From assembly GCA_950097015.1 (NCBI GenBank), contig CATNEN010000003.1, forward strand, positions 2,790,001-2,854,000: 64,000 bases of DNA, read 5' to 3'. This stretch comes from Macrostomum hystrix (Eukaryota > Animalia > Platyhelminthes). Of this stretch, positions 37,201-53,900 are shown one piece after another (the first letter of the stretch is position 1; every line of letters starts with the position of its first letter). The position numbers and the translations under genes are program-made. A model generated the notes under the pieces. The model worked only from the letters and a program-made list of their open reading frames with translations. It was not told where the DNA came from and ran no database searches.

Positions 37201-38079
37201 GTAGGAAAGCCTTTAGGATAGTAACTAGCTAGCTGGCAATAATGTTTCTTTTTATTTTGCTAGTAGACATAATAGATTTACAAGACATAATAGATCAGGA
37301 GCTAGATCAATATAATTATATACATTTTGTCAGTCAATAAAAAGAACATTTATATAGGTAGGGACCTAGCTATTTTTAGGTATTTAGGTATATCAAAACA
37401 TTTTTCATATCAATAGCTACCAAGAGAATTTCATTTAGACTAGTCAGTTTATTTAAATACTGGTGTACTTGCATTGAATCTAGTTATATTTGTCAGGCCA
37501 TTGATTATCAATTGTGAAAGTGGTTTTGAAGTAGGCTATAATGCTGTATAGCAGTTATATATATATATATATATAGGCCTATATATATATACACTAAACA
37601 TATTTTAGCTAGGCTACACAGTACACAGAAGCACATAAGCAAGCTATACCTAAAGCTATAGTCGATATATGATATATAATTTTTTGCTATTGTCTAATAT
37701 CCTTTTGAATAGTCATATTCAACTAGCTCAGCCTAGCTACTATTAGTGCTAGTACTAAAAATAGAATTAGCAACAGCCAATTCCAATTATACGATAGCCT
37801 AATTGTATAATTACTGGCTTAAGCTTTCACTAGCCTAAACATTATGTTAGATTAGTTGTCCTGTTGCGAAACTTATTTAACATAAGCAGCATGCTTTATA
37901 TTTATATTTCAGCACGTATTTATATATAGCAGCACGTTCGACGTTTGCCCCACATAAAAGCGTTGTATTGGCTTTGAAAGCTATAAGCTGCGCGTATCAA
38001 TACGCCGCTGCGCGCAGAGTACCGCTTTGTAGGCTCGTGTTGTAACGCAGATTTGGCTTTACGGAGTGTAACACGGGTG
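34533..38079 (-). repeat. Right terminal inverted repeat
   Basis: Reverse complement of 16324-~19618, including the same irregular satellite variants (e.g. ACCATCGACCATCGACC); satellite copy number differs between the arms. Confidence 0.92.
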
Positions 38080-38544
38080 ATGCATAATAAAGGCACGATA
38101 ATTAAAACGAGTTAAAAAATAGTTTTGAAATCATATCAAGACACTCTAAAAGTACAATACAAAGTAAAAAAATGCATTGTTTATCAAAGCAAAAACAGAG
38201 TTTATAATTCCATAGAAATTAAAGCATATTTGTTTCTTTACTCTAGATTTATTATGTAAATTTTTTGTTTACATACTCGCAAAAGGTGTAAACGAAATAA
38301 ATATTTAAATGTCGCGAAAAGTGTGCATTGGGCCGGCCGGAATACGGCGTCGACGAAGACCAGGCTTTATATATTTATTGTATTGCGTTCCTTAAAAATG
38401 TGGAGTATATGCATTACGCAGTGTGGCGAGTTATCGCCTTATTCTCTTGAGACTATTGCTGCCACTGTACCCGAAATATATTGCTTCAGTTCAATAAGGG
38501 CTAAGGCTCTTGTCTCGTCTGTACCGTAGATGTATGAGGAAACC

Positions 38545-38792
38545 CAGCTTAGAAACTTTGTCCGACTCGGAATATTCCGACACTTATTCCGACAGTTAAT
38601 GTGTTATACATTACCTGTCGGAATATTCCGACAGTTATTCCGACTCGAAATTATATGCATACATCTAATAAGCTCTCAGACAGTTATTCCGACTCGAATT
38701 TAACTGTCGGAATATCCGACAGGTAATGTATAACACATTAACTGTCGGAATAAGTGTCGGAATATTCCGAGTCGGACAAAGTTTCTAAGCTG
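38545..38792. mobile_element. 248-bp foldback MITE, probably hAT superfamily
   Basis: ~90-bp TIRs starting CAGCTTAGAAAC and ending GTTTCTAAGCTG; 8-bp TSD AGGAAACC at 38537-38544 and 38793-38800; internal repeated TTCCGAC motifs. Confidence 0.88.
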
Positions 38793-39229
38793 AGGAAACC
38801 CTAGAACTTGTCTGTAGTGTAGTGCCTCTATAGTCAGTAGTCTGTAGTTTGTAGGAAATCCTAGATAATGATCTAGGAAATCCTGATCCAATAATCGCTT
38901 GATCATTTTTTCTTTTTCTGGTAGGGGTTCTATTTAGGGTGGGCTTTCTTTGGCTAGGGCCTATGCTGCCTATTTTTCATGACTCATAAGTAGCAACTCC
39001 ACTATTCCTATTTTCTAATGTAAATTCTTTTTTTGCAATTGGTTTGCAGGGGACTGCTGGTCGAGAACTTAAACTGTATTTAATGAAATATGTATATTTA
39101 AAATAACATACTTAGGTTTCATTCAAGCTAATCCTTTCTGTTAAGCATTTAGCCTTAAGTTATAGATCCATGGAGAGTCTAAGGACCAGGTAAGTCCAGG
39201 TTCAGTTTTTATTGAAGCAGTCCTAACTT

Positions 39230-40220
39230 ATTAGGCCTAATAAACAAAGTTTGTTAGGGTTAGGTTATTCCGTAAAGAATAGAATAACAGAGCACCTAAG
39301 CACTGCTCACCAGTGCTCTTGAGCTTAGCCTGCTCAGGCAGCTATTTAAATTACATTTTAGTTTACTTTCAGGGCCATAGGTCTCACAGACTGCTTAGCC
39401 CTGGATTGGGAGTGGGTTCTGCCTGTTGATTTGTCTCCATCTCAGGGCAGCCCATAGGACATTGAGGATGGGAACTCGGCCCGGAGCACGAGGCAGCTCC
39501 GGCTCGATGTGGAAGCTGTGCAGCCGAGCTGCTCTCATCTTGAGCAGCCAGGCCACACCGAGCTGCTTGACTCTGGCTGAGAGCATTGGCATGCCGGCCA
39601 GTTTGTGAAGGTATTCAGTGCTCAGGTAAGAAAGCACACTTATAGCAGATTTGCAGAGCAAGGTTCTGGATCTTTTGCAGTTTCATCTGGTTGGTGACAC
39701 AAATCAGAGTCAATATTGGGGCACCGTAGGTAAGAATGCTCTCACCATAGGCCCTGTACAGCATCTTGAGAGTGACGCTGCTCAGTTTGGTGATCTTGGT
39801 GATGTGGCACAGGGACATGACAATGGCCCTGCACGTGTTCGCCATGTTGTCCATGTGTTTGTTCAAGCAAAGATTGGCGTTGAGGAGGACACCTAGAAAT
39901 TTCACTTCCTAACAGTAGGGGACCTCCGTCTGTCCCAGCTGCAGTTTGGGTCGCAAGTCGGCGCAAGCTGTCGGCTTGTAGTTGAAGGCTATTGCCTTGC
40001 TTACTGCACCACTCCCAGACTTGTCTGACCTATAGCTCTATAGCTTTATAGCTAGCTCTATAGGCATGTCCGCAGACCAGCAAAGGTGTCTGCGGAAGCC
40101 CAGATGGCCATGTCGTCAGCAAACTGACTGCATTTCACATTTGGATTTTCAGGAATTGGCATTGTGCCGATGTACAGCAGTGCAGGTGAGGACTCAAGAT
40201 GCCTCCTTGAGGTATGCAGC
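39230..40220 (-). mobile_element. Decayed non-LTR retrotransposon (LINE) 3' fragment
   Basis: RT motifs on the minus strand: PQGGILSP-like (~40190-40212), QFADDMAIW (~40100-40128), KFLGVLLNANL, LYRAYGESILTYGAP, LQKIQNLAL; frameshifted. Confidence 0.85.
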
Positions 40221-41559
40221 TAGGATAAACAAAGTTTATTAATCTGTAGTATATAATCACTCCATGTATATTACTATTAAGGCCCTACCTTAATGACTGA
40301 GATTGGGAAGTAATGACAACTTTGTATTTTGTTTGGCAATTTTATGTTAATGTTCATTTACATTAATTATGGCAACCAGCTACTAAATTACTTTTCTTTC
40401 CAGATACTAGGCTTTAGCAACCTTGCAAAAATGCACAGCCAACAACCTCAATTCAGCTAGAATAGGCCTAGCTAGGTTACTTTTGTGGCATTGCATCTTC
40501 AAAATGTTATTCTAAAAGTTGGAACTATTAGTACATCTAACATCACCAAGGTATAGCTATAAACTTTCTAAGTAGTCCTTAAGCAGATTGTCATATTGAC
40601 AAAATCCAAGGCTTTAGACTTTGAAAATCTTGTTGCTGGTGGTGCTAATACTTTCTTGATTACTCTTATTAGTATAGGCTTAGGCCTAACAATACATTTA
40701 GGCAGGCACATAGAATGCACATGCTATTTTAGAAGTAGACCAGCTTGTATTTATTATATTTATTATTAAAATACATAATAAGAAACTAACTATTCAACTT
40801 TGTTCTATCTTGGCAACAAAATTTACAGCCTGAAATTAAATCTGCTGCAGTAGAAAGCTCACTTGGATGAATAAAAAGCCACTGTTTTAGTGGCTCTAGT
40901 CTCCAGTATTGGTGTAATACATTAAGATTGAGTACTCAATTATAAAATATAAATTATTTTTGTCATTTTTAAGTAAGATTTAAAAGCCTAATGTTAGTAA
41001 GGCAAGAAAGACTAACATAGTAATGTTAGTATTTAATTCTGTCATGTCTACAAATTACCAGAAAATTTGAAACCAGGTATTAAAAAATTTTTTGATGTTA
41101 TTTATAATTGTTGTTAAATAGTTGTGCTAGTTAGTGACCTAAACCTTTATAGTTCTTAAAATAAAGCAAAAATGTCCTATTTATATGGCATAGTATAATA
41201 TTACAGACTGTGTATTGGTAAATATTGTTATCTCAAGCCTTTTATAACTTTGTTGACATACGTAAAAGTCTTTTGTTCATTTCTAACTTCTATATTTTGA
41301 ACAAAGAGAAGTTTCTTAATAGTCTTATTTTATTTATTTTGCAGTGCAGCCCAAAATTGTCAGTCTTCACTAAACAAAACATATTTGTGATACTTCTGTT
41401 GCTTTACTGTAAGGTCTTGTCATTTCTGACCATTCCACATTGTTCATAATCTGTCTCCTTTTTAAAGCCTTTGTATGATCTGTAGCTCATAGATTCAAAA
41501 TAATTCTGTCAATCTTGTAATTTGTATCATTCTTATATAAAATCTTCCTAATCTAAACT

Positions 41560-46540
<4,981 letters not shown>

Positions 46541-46879
46541 AAAGATTGCGACATAATGGATAACTGTTAAAACTAGTGAGAACTGATTATTGTAGTATTG
46601 TTTGACATAGACTCCGATGGCATTATATAGTGCATATAAACCTCTGCGTATTGCTATTCTACGTAAATTAAAACTTTATTTTGTCTGCTCTCTCTACTGT
46701 GACATGTGACTTTTTGCTGTTGGTTTTTTTGCTTTTCTCTTTAGGTCGCTGGTGTAGAAAGGAAAGAAACATTTCAATTGGTAATTTGTAACCTATTAAG
46801 TTCTTGACTTAGTTAACTTTTTTCCTGCCCTTATCTTTGAATCTCGAAGATTCCCGCTATCTCTCAGATTACCATCTGT

Positions 46880-47715
46880 CAGTCTCAGATTCTCCCCCCT
46901 GTTGTGTCTCAGATTCTCCCCCTGTTGAGTCTCAGATTCTCCCCCCTGTTGTGTCTCAGATTCTCCCACTGTTGAGTCTCAGATTCCCCCCCCCTGTTGT
47001 GTCTCAGATTCTCCCCCCTGTTGTGTCTCAGATTCTCCCACTGTTGAGTCTCAGATTCTCCCCCCTGTTGTGTCTCAGATTCTCCCCCCTGTTGTGTCAT
47101 AGATTCTCCCTCTGTTGAGTCTCAGATTCCCCCCCTGTTGAGTCTCAGATTCTCCCCCCCCCTGTTGAGTCTCAGATTCTCCCCCTGTTGAGTCTCAGAT
47201 TCTCCCCCTGTTGTGTCTCAGATTCTCCCCCCTGTTGTGTCATAGATTCTCCCCCTGTTGAGTCTCAGATTCTCCCCCCCTGTTGAGTCTCAGATTCTCC
47301 CCCCCCTGTTGTGTCATAGATTCTCCCCCTGTTGAGTCTCAGATTCTCCCCCCCTGTTGAGTCTCAGATTCTCCCCCTGTTGAGTCTCAGATTCTCCCCC
47401 TGTTGAGTCTCAGATTCTCCCCCTGTTGAGTCTCAGATTCTCCCCCTGTTGAGTCTCAGATTCTCCCCCTGTTGAGTCTTAGATTTCTCCCTGTTGAGTC
47501 TTAGATTATCTCCCTGTTGAGTCTCAGATTCTCCCCCTGTTGAGTCTCAGATTCTCCCCCTGTTGAGTCTCAGATTCTCCCCCTGTTGAGTCTCAGATTC
47601 TTCCCCTGTTGAGTCTCAGATTCTCCCCCCTGTTGAGTCTCAGATTCTCCCCCTGTTGAGTCTCAGATTCTCCCCCTGTTGAGTCTTAGATTATCTCCCT
47701 GTTGAGTCTCAGATT
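46880..47715. repeat. ~23-27-bp minisatellite CTCAGATTCTC(n)TGTTG(A/T)GT
   Basis: Read directly; variable C run. Confidence 0.95.
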
Positions 47716-48564
47716 GTCGAAGTCTGTGTACATGGCTTATATCGCATTAATGGTTACTAACTGGTGCTTCAAAATTAAGCCCAAAAGTATCGACCTTTAA
47801 AAGGTTAGAATGTTTTTCATGCATCAATAGTATTAGTATTAAGTAATGAATCGTTACTAGACAAAAAGTGTAACTATATTTGCTATTGTTTGAGCTGTCA
47901 ATCCCTCTAAGGACTTATTGGCTATCAGCTGATGTTTTAGTGACTGTTGATGAAAATCGAAACAAAAATTATAAAATGTCCTCGATTACGTCCAATCATA
48001 AAAACGCTTGTTCCTATTGTGATTATATTCTTTAAGTTTTTGCATTATTTGTATTACTGCTAGTACCATATTGATTTTGTGACAGGCTTTAAAATTTTCA
48101 GAAATTTCTAAAAAAACACAAACTCTGTTGCATTTTTACCAACCCATGCAAGACAGTGTTCAGATTCTTGCAAATTTATGACCTAGTTACAAGCTCCATT
48201 GTCACATTGTTCTATGTGACATTGCGAATATTCGCGACTATTCGCGCTGCTTAAAAAAGAATTGTTGGAATAATATTTCAGACATAATTTCAGCAATCCT
48301 TTGTTATCACTTGGTTTATTTTTTGTCGACTGCAGATTAGCTTTATGCTTCTTAAGCCTTAATCTGGTTCTACTAATGCACATTATATATTTATGAGCTT
48401 TGTCTATGCATACAGCACTAAGAGGTTTTTCATGCAAATAAACTGTTAAAAACTGGCACATCTCGTTGTTATTTGAAATTTAATTAGCAAAATTGTTTGG
48501 CTGTTTAACAATGAGTTTTTATATACTCGTATGTTATACTTGTTTTGCAACACTGTATACAGCA

Positions 48565-49020
48565 GTTGCAGCTTTTGCTTCGATTCTATCTGCGGATCTT
48601 GCTTCAATTCTATCTGCAGATCTTGCTTCGATTCTAGCTGCGGATCTTGTCTCGATTCTATCTGCGGATCTTGTCTCGATTCTATCTGCGGATCTTGCCT
48701 CGATTCTATCTGCGGATCTTGCTTCGATTCTAGCTGCGGATCTTGCTTCGATTCTAGCTGCGGATCTTGCTTCGATTCTATCTGCGGATCTTCCTTCGAT
48801 TCTATCTGCGGATCTTGCTTCGATTCTAGCTGCAGATCTTGCCTCGATTCTAGCTGCGGATCTTGCTTCGATTCTAGCTGCAGCTCTTGCAACGATTCTA
48901 TTTAATACTCTTGCTACCATTCTATTTGATACTCTTGCTACCATTCTATTTGATACTCTTGCTACGATTCCAGTTGCTACTCGTGCTACGATTCTAGCTG
49001 TAGCTTTTGCTACGATCTTA
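48565..49020. repeat. 24-bp tandem repeat TCTTGCTTCGATTCTA(T/G)CTGCGGA, diverging toward its right end
   Basis: About 19 units, read directly. Confidence 0.93.
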
Positions 49021-49425
49021 CGGTAAGCCACTGTTTAATATAAATGTGCGTTCTACAAATGGTATGAGAATTGCCTGAACTAAACCCCATGTAGCACCAA
49101 ACAGACAAGCTTATCGCAGCAGTGACAATGACATCGGCTTGAAAAATGGAAATAAATAATACGGGTATTAAATTCTTCCCCAAGCAAAGCACAATGGCAG
49201 CTGGTTTCGACTACTCTGAAGAGAGTCAATCATTCGTAAGTGCTATAGGAGAGAATATAGTTAGATTAAGTTGGTCCTATTGTGCGACGAATATTATAAC
49301 TTTTGTACGACTTCGTAGATGAGACTATTTTACTTCATGCTTTATGTAGCTATTATTGATCAGATAATGCGTGCTAGTGCGAGAAACAGAAGAACACAAG
49401 AACCTCCATCCCCCGTATTCATGCT

Positions 49426-49757
49426 GCGGGATGAGTGGCAGAGCGGTCCAACGCGTTTGCCTCTCGCATCAAGGTCCTTGGGCTCGATTCCGCGGCGAGG
49501 CCACATTTGGGGCGCAGCCGCGGAGAGAAGGCTTGGTGGCTTGTCCTGCAATTTATGCCCTTGAGGGCCAACCACCAAGGCACAGTGAGTGTACACTGCT
49601 TGACGATAAGAAATCAGGGCAGATGTACACACCTGTGTGAGTGTGTGCTCAGGAGTCAGTGAAGTAGGCAGAATTACCTTCTCGCTGGCTGCGGGTCTAG
49701 TGTCACAAATGATTTGTCTGTGTGCCAACAGCCTTCCTGCAAACATTAATTTTATTG
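49426..49757 (+). mobile_element. Full-length tRNA-derived SINE (family A)
   Basis: Colinear with the reverse complement of 32171-32536; A-box TGGCAGAGCGG, B-box-like GCTCGATTCC, ATT-rich tail. Confidence 0.85.
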
Positions 49758-49758
49758 C

Positions 49759-50273
49759 ACGGTGGCGCACACCCAAAGCTACGTGGCGCCCACCCAAAGC
49801 TACACGGTGGCGCACACCCAAAGCCACGGTGGCGCCCACCCAAAGCTACGGTGGCGCACACCCAAAGCCACGGTGGCGCCCACCCAAAGCTACACGGTGG
49901 CGCGCACCCAAAGCTACACGGTGGCGCGCACCCAAAGCTACAGTGGTGCACACCCAAAGACACGGTGGCGCACACCCAAAGCTACGGTGGCGCGCACCCA
50001 AAGCTACGGTGGCACACACCCAAAGCTACGGTGGCGCGCACCCAAAGCTACGGTGGCGCGCACCCAAAGCTACGGTGGCGCGCACCCAAAGCTACGGTGG
50101 CGCACACCCAAAGCCACGGTGGCGCACACCCAAAGCTACGGTGGCGCGCACCCAAAGCCACGGTGGCGCGCACCCAAAGCCACGGTGGCGCACACCCAAA
50201 GCCACGGTGGCGCACACCCAAAGCTACGGTGGCGCGCACCCAAAGCCACGGTGGCGCACACCCAAAGCTACGG
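49759..50273. repeat. 22-bp tandem repeat CGGTGGCGC(A/G)CACCCAAAGC(T/C)A
   Basis: About 23 units starting immediately after the SINE tail. Confidence 0.95.
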
Positions 50274-50986
50274 TATCGCAAATCCTCAGTACTCGTTAAA
50301 AGTTAACAGTGGAGTAGGCTGAATTTTTTAAGTGCCCGAGTGTGCTAGCACACACTCACTCTAAAGAGTATGATCTGTCACAATGGCTTTAGAATAGCTA
50401 TAGAAACAGCTGACAATACCATCGGATGGCTTTAACCTTCGAAGTTATCTGGGTTGAGGAGCGTGAGGGTCGCTAACATTCCTAAAAAGCACACAAGTGA
50501 GTACTAGCTTGAGTCCATTTCAATTGGTTGAGTTTGTTGCATTACGACTTACGAGCAATGATCGCGTAGTTACAGAAACAATTGACGAACTGGTGTAGAA
50601 TTAGCCCTGCTCTAAGCCGAGTATTCGAACTGGATTGAACCAGTTATCCGGCTGGAAACCAAGCTGCATGTGTCTTCAATAGGATCGGAGAATGCATGAA
50701 CGGAATAGAATACTGACCAAGGGGGACACGAGGACACGAGAAAGAGCTTTCTTAACTCTACAGCAAATGCGCTGGCTTACGTGGCATACTAGCTTAGCAA
50801 TCGATGCGATGCGATTTTAAAGTTTCAGAACATTTTAAGCCTAATCAATAAGCAGGGCTGCATAAATACAGTCAGGTGGTCAAAAAAATATGCAATTCAC
50901 AACTTGAATAGCTTCAGGAGTGAAGTAGAGTGTATCATATTGTTAAAATATATTGCTTTAACATAGATACTGAGCACGGTGTCGGC

Positions 50987-53900
50987 ATGAAGCCGCATCT
51001 CTCATCAGTTCTCTTTGCCATTTTTGTGGCACTGAACATTGCAAAATCAGGAAACGCTAACTGGTCAGGTAATTGCACAAACTTACCTGCGTTCTATAGT
51101 CCAACCAAAGCATTTACTTGCAGAAATTTTGTTAAAAAAACTAAAAACTCAAATTTTACCTCGTGATTTAAGGCTGCCAGCTCGTGTCCTCTCCGTCAAG
51201 CTACATCCGAGCGTCAAACATCGGCAGATGCTACGAGTTTCGTGTCACTGGAGTCAACAGCGGCTCTGTGTGGGGCACCGATGTGTACACATCAGACTCG
51301 AACATCGGGAAGGCTGCAGTGCACGCAGGTCAAATAAGACTAGGAGAGACTCGGAACGTGCGCATTCGTATACAGCCGGGTCGCAACTCGTACTCGGGCA
51401 CCAGTCGCTATGGCATCAGTACGACAAGCTACGGTCGATGGGGTCTAAGCTACACCTTCGCTGGTCTCGACAGAAGCAGTCATAGCTACAGCTATTCCAG
51501 ACCGCAAAAGTACTATACAAGACCACGAACGTACCATCATTCAAGAACACCAACGAACCACCATACAAGAACACAAACGTACCATTATTCAAGACCACAG
51601 AAGGAGAGCCAGACAGTAACCAAAACAAGATACGGAAGTAAGTTTCAACAACTTCAGTTTCTTAGTGTCTCATCATAAAAAAATACAAACACTTTTTAAG
51701 CTAAAATAATCGACAAAAATCGCGTTTCTAAAGCGTCATCTTGTTATTTTGATTCGCAATTCGATAGCTTGCCAGCGCGTCTCGTCGGTGAATGCCTACC
51801 TGAGGGCGTCGAACGTCGGCAAGTGCTACGAGTTCCGAGTCACTGGAGTTCAAGGCGGCGTGGTGTGGGGCACTGACGTGTACACTTCGGACTCGAACTT
51901 TGGCTCGGCAGCAGTGCACACGGGTCTAATCAGAGCCGGAGAGACTCGCTACGTGCGCATCATAGTACGCAGGGGTCGCAACTCGTACAGAGGAAGCGTT
52001 CGCTACGGAGTCAGCACTCGCAACTATGGACGCTGGGGTCTGAGCTACACCTTCGCTGGCCTTGGTGGAGGCGGCTCAGGCAGACCGCGTCCAAGACCGC
52101 AGCCGAGACCGCAGCCGAGACCACGTCCGAGTCATGGAGGTGAGTGCTGATGCTGCTGGCCTTGCGCTTCTAAACTGTGATTCCCGTGCAGTGTGTCAAA
52201 TATTAGTTAACGACTAAACTGGCCTGTAAAGGCGAGCCGCAGTGAAAAGCTTTTTCAGTTATAATATTCGAGAAAATTCGCGTTTCTAAAGCGTCATCTT
52301 TTTATTTTGATTCGCAATTCGATAGCTTGCCAGCGCGTCTCGTCGGTGAATGCCTACCTGAGGGCGTCGAACGTCGGCAAGTGCTACGAGTTCCGAGTCA
52401 CTGGAGTTCAAGGCGGCGTGGTGTGGGGCACTGACGTGTACACTTCGGACTCGAACTTTGGCTCGGCAGCAGTGCACACGGGTCTAATCAGAGCCGGAGA
52501 GACTCGCTACGTGCGCATCATAGTACGCAGGGGTCGCAACTCGTACAGAGGAAGCGTTCGCTACGGAGTCAGCACTCGCAACTATGGACGCTGGGGTCTG
52601 AGCTACACCTTCGCTGGCCTTGGTGGAGGCGGCTCAGGCAGACCGCGTCCAAGACCGCAGCCGAGACCGCAGCCGAGACCACGTCCGAGTCATGGAGGTG
52701 AGTGCTGATGCTGCTGGCCTTGCGCTTCTAAACTGTGATTCCCGTGCAGTGTGTCAAATATTAGTTAACGACTAAACTGGCCTGTAAAGGCGAGCCGCAG
52801 TGAAAAGCCTTTTCAGTTATAATATTCGAGAAAATTCGCGTTTCCAAAGCGTCATCTTTTTATTTTGATTCGCAATTCGATAGCTTGCCAGCGCGTCTCG
52901 TCGGTGAATGCCTACCTGAGGGCGTCGAACGTCGGCAAGTGCTACGAGTTCCGAGTCACTGGAGTTCAAGGCGGCGTGGTGTGGGGCACTGACGTGTACA
53001 CTTCGGACTCGAACTTTGGCTCGGCAGCAGTGCACACGGGTCTAATCAGAGCCGGAGAGACTCGCTACGTGCGCATCATAGTACGCAGGGGTCGCAACTC
53101 GTACAGAGGAAGCGTTCGCTACGGAGTCAGCACTCGCAACTATGGACGCTGGGGTCTGAGCTACACCTTCGCTGGCCTTGGTGGAGGCGGCTCAGGCAGA
53201 CCGCGTCCAAGACCGCAGCCGAGACCGCAGCCGAGACCACGTCCGAGTCATGGAGGTGAGTGCTGATGCTGCTGGCCTTGCGCTTCTAAACTGTGATTCC
53301 CGTGCAGTGTGTCAAATATTAGTTAACGACTAAACTGGCATGTGAAAGCGAGCCGCAGTGAAAAGCATTCTTCGTTAAAGTATTCGAGAAAATTCGCGTT
53401 TCTAAAGCGTCATCTTTTTATTTTGATTCGCAATTCGATAGCTTGCCAGCGCGTCTCGTCGGTGAATGCCTACCTGAGGGCGTCGAACGTCGGCAAGTGC
53501 TACGAGTTCCGAGTCACTGGAGTTCAAGGCGGCGTGGTGTGGGGCACTGACGTGTACACTTCGGACTCGAACTTTGGCTCGGCAGCAGTGCACACGGGTC
53601 TAATCAGAGCCGGAGAGACTCGCTACGTGCGCATCATAGTACGCAGGGGTCGCAACTCGTACAGAGGAAGCGTTCGCTACGGAGTCAGCACTCGCAACTA
53701 TGGACGCTGGGGTCTGAGCTACACCTTCGCTGGCCTTGGTGGAGGCGGCTCAGGCAGACCGCGTCCAAGACCGCAGCCGAGACCGCAGCCGAGACCACGT
53801 CCGAGTCATGGAGGTGAGTGCTGATGCTGCTGGCCTTGCGCTTCTAAACTGTGATTCCCGTGCAGTGTGTCAAATATTAGTTAACGACTAAAGTGGCATG

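Larger units (their letters stand above)
16324..38079. mobile_element. ~21.8-kb KDZ (Kyakuja-Dileera-Zisupton)-class DNA transposon with giant terminal inverted repeats and two convergent spliced genes
   Basis: Left end CACCCGTGTTACACTCCGTAAAGCC at 16324 is the exact reverse complement of the right end GGCTTTACGGAGTGTAACACGGGTG ending at 38079; inverted similarity continues for over 3 kb; interior encodes a KDZ transposase (-) and an HMG-like gene (+). No TSD found. Confidence 0.88.

Noticed and set aside
16324-38079. Maverick/Polinton or other virus-like element (suggested by size and long TIRs)
   Set aside because: No protein-primed DNA polymerase B, retroviral-like integrase, packaging ATPase or capsid motifs; the transposase motifs are KDZ-type.
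48183-50322. Repeat-derived ORFs (48446-49031, 49637-50322) and short minus-strand ORFs
   Set aside because: Open in several frames because of 24-bp and 22-bp repeats and SINE sequence; no recognisable domain or consistent splice chain.
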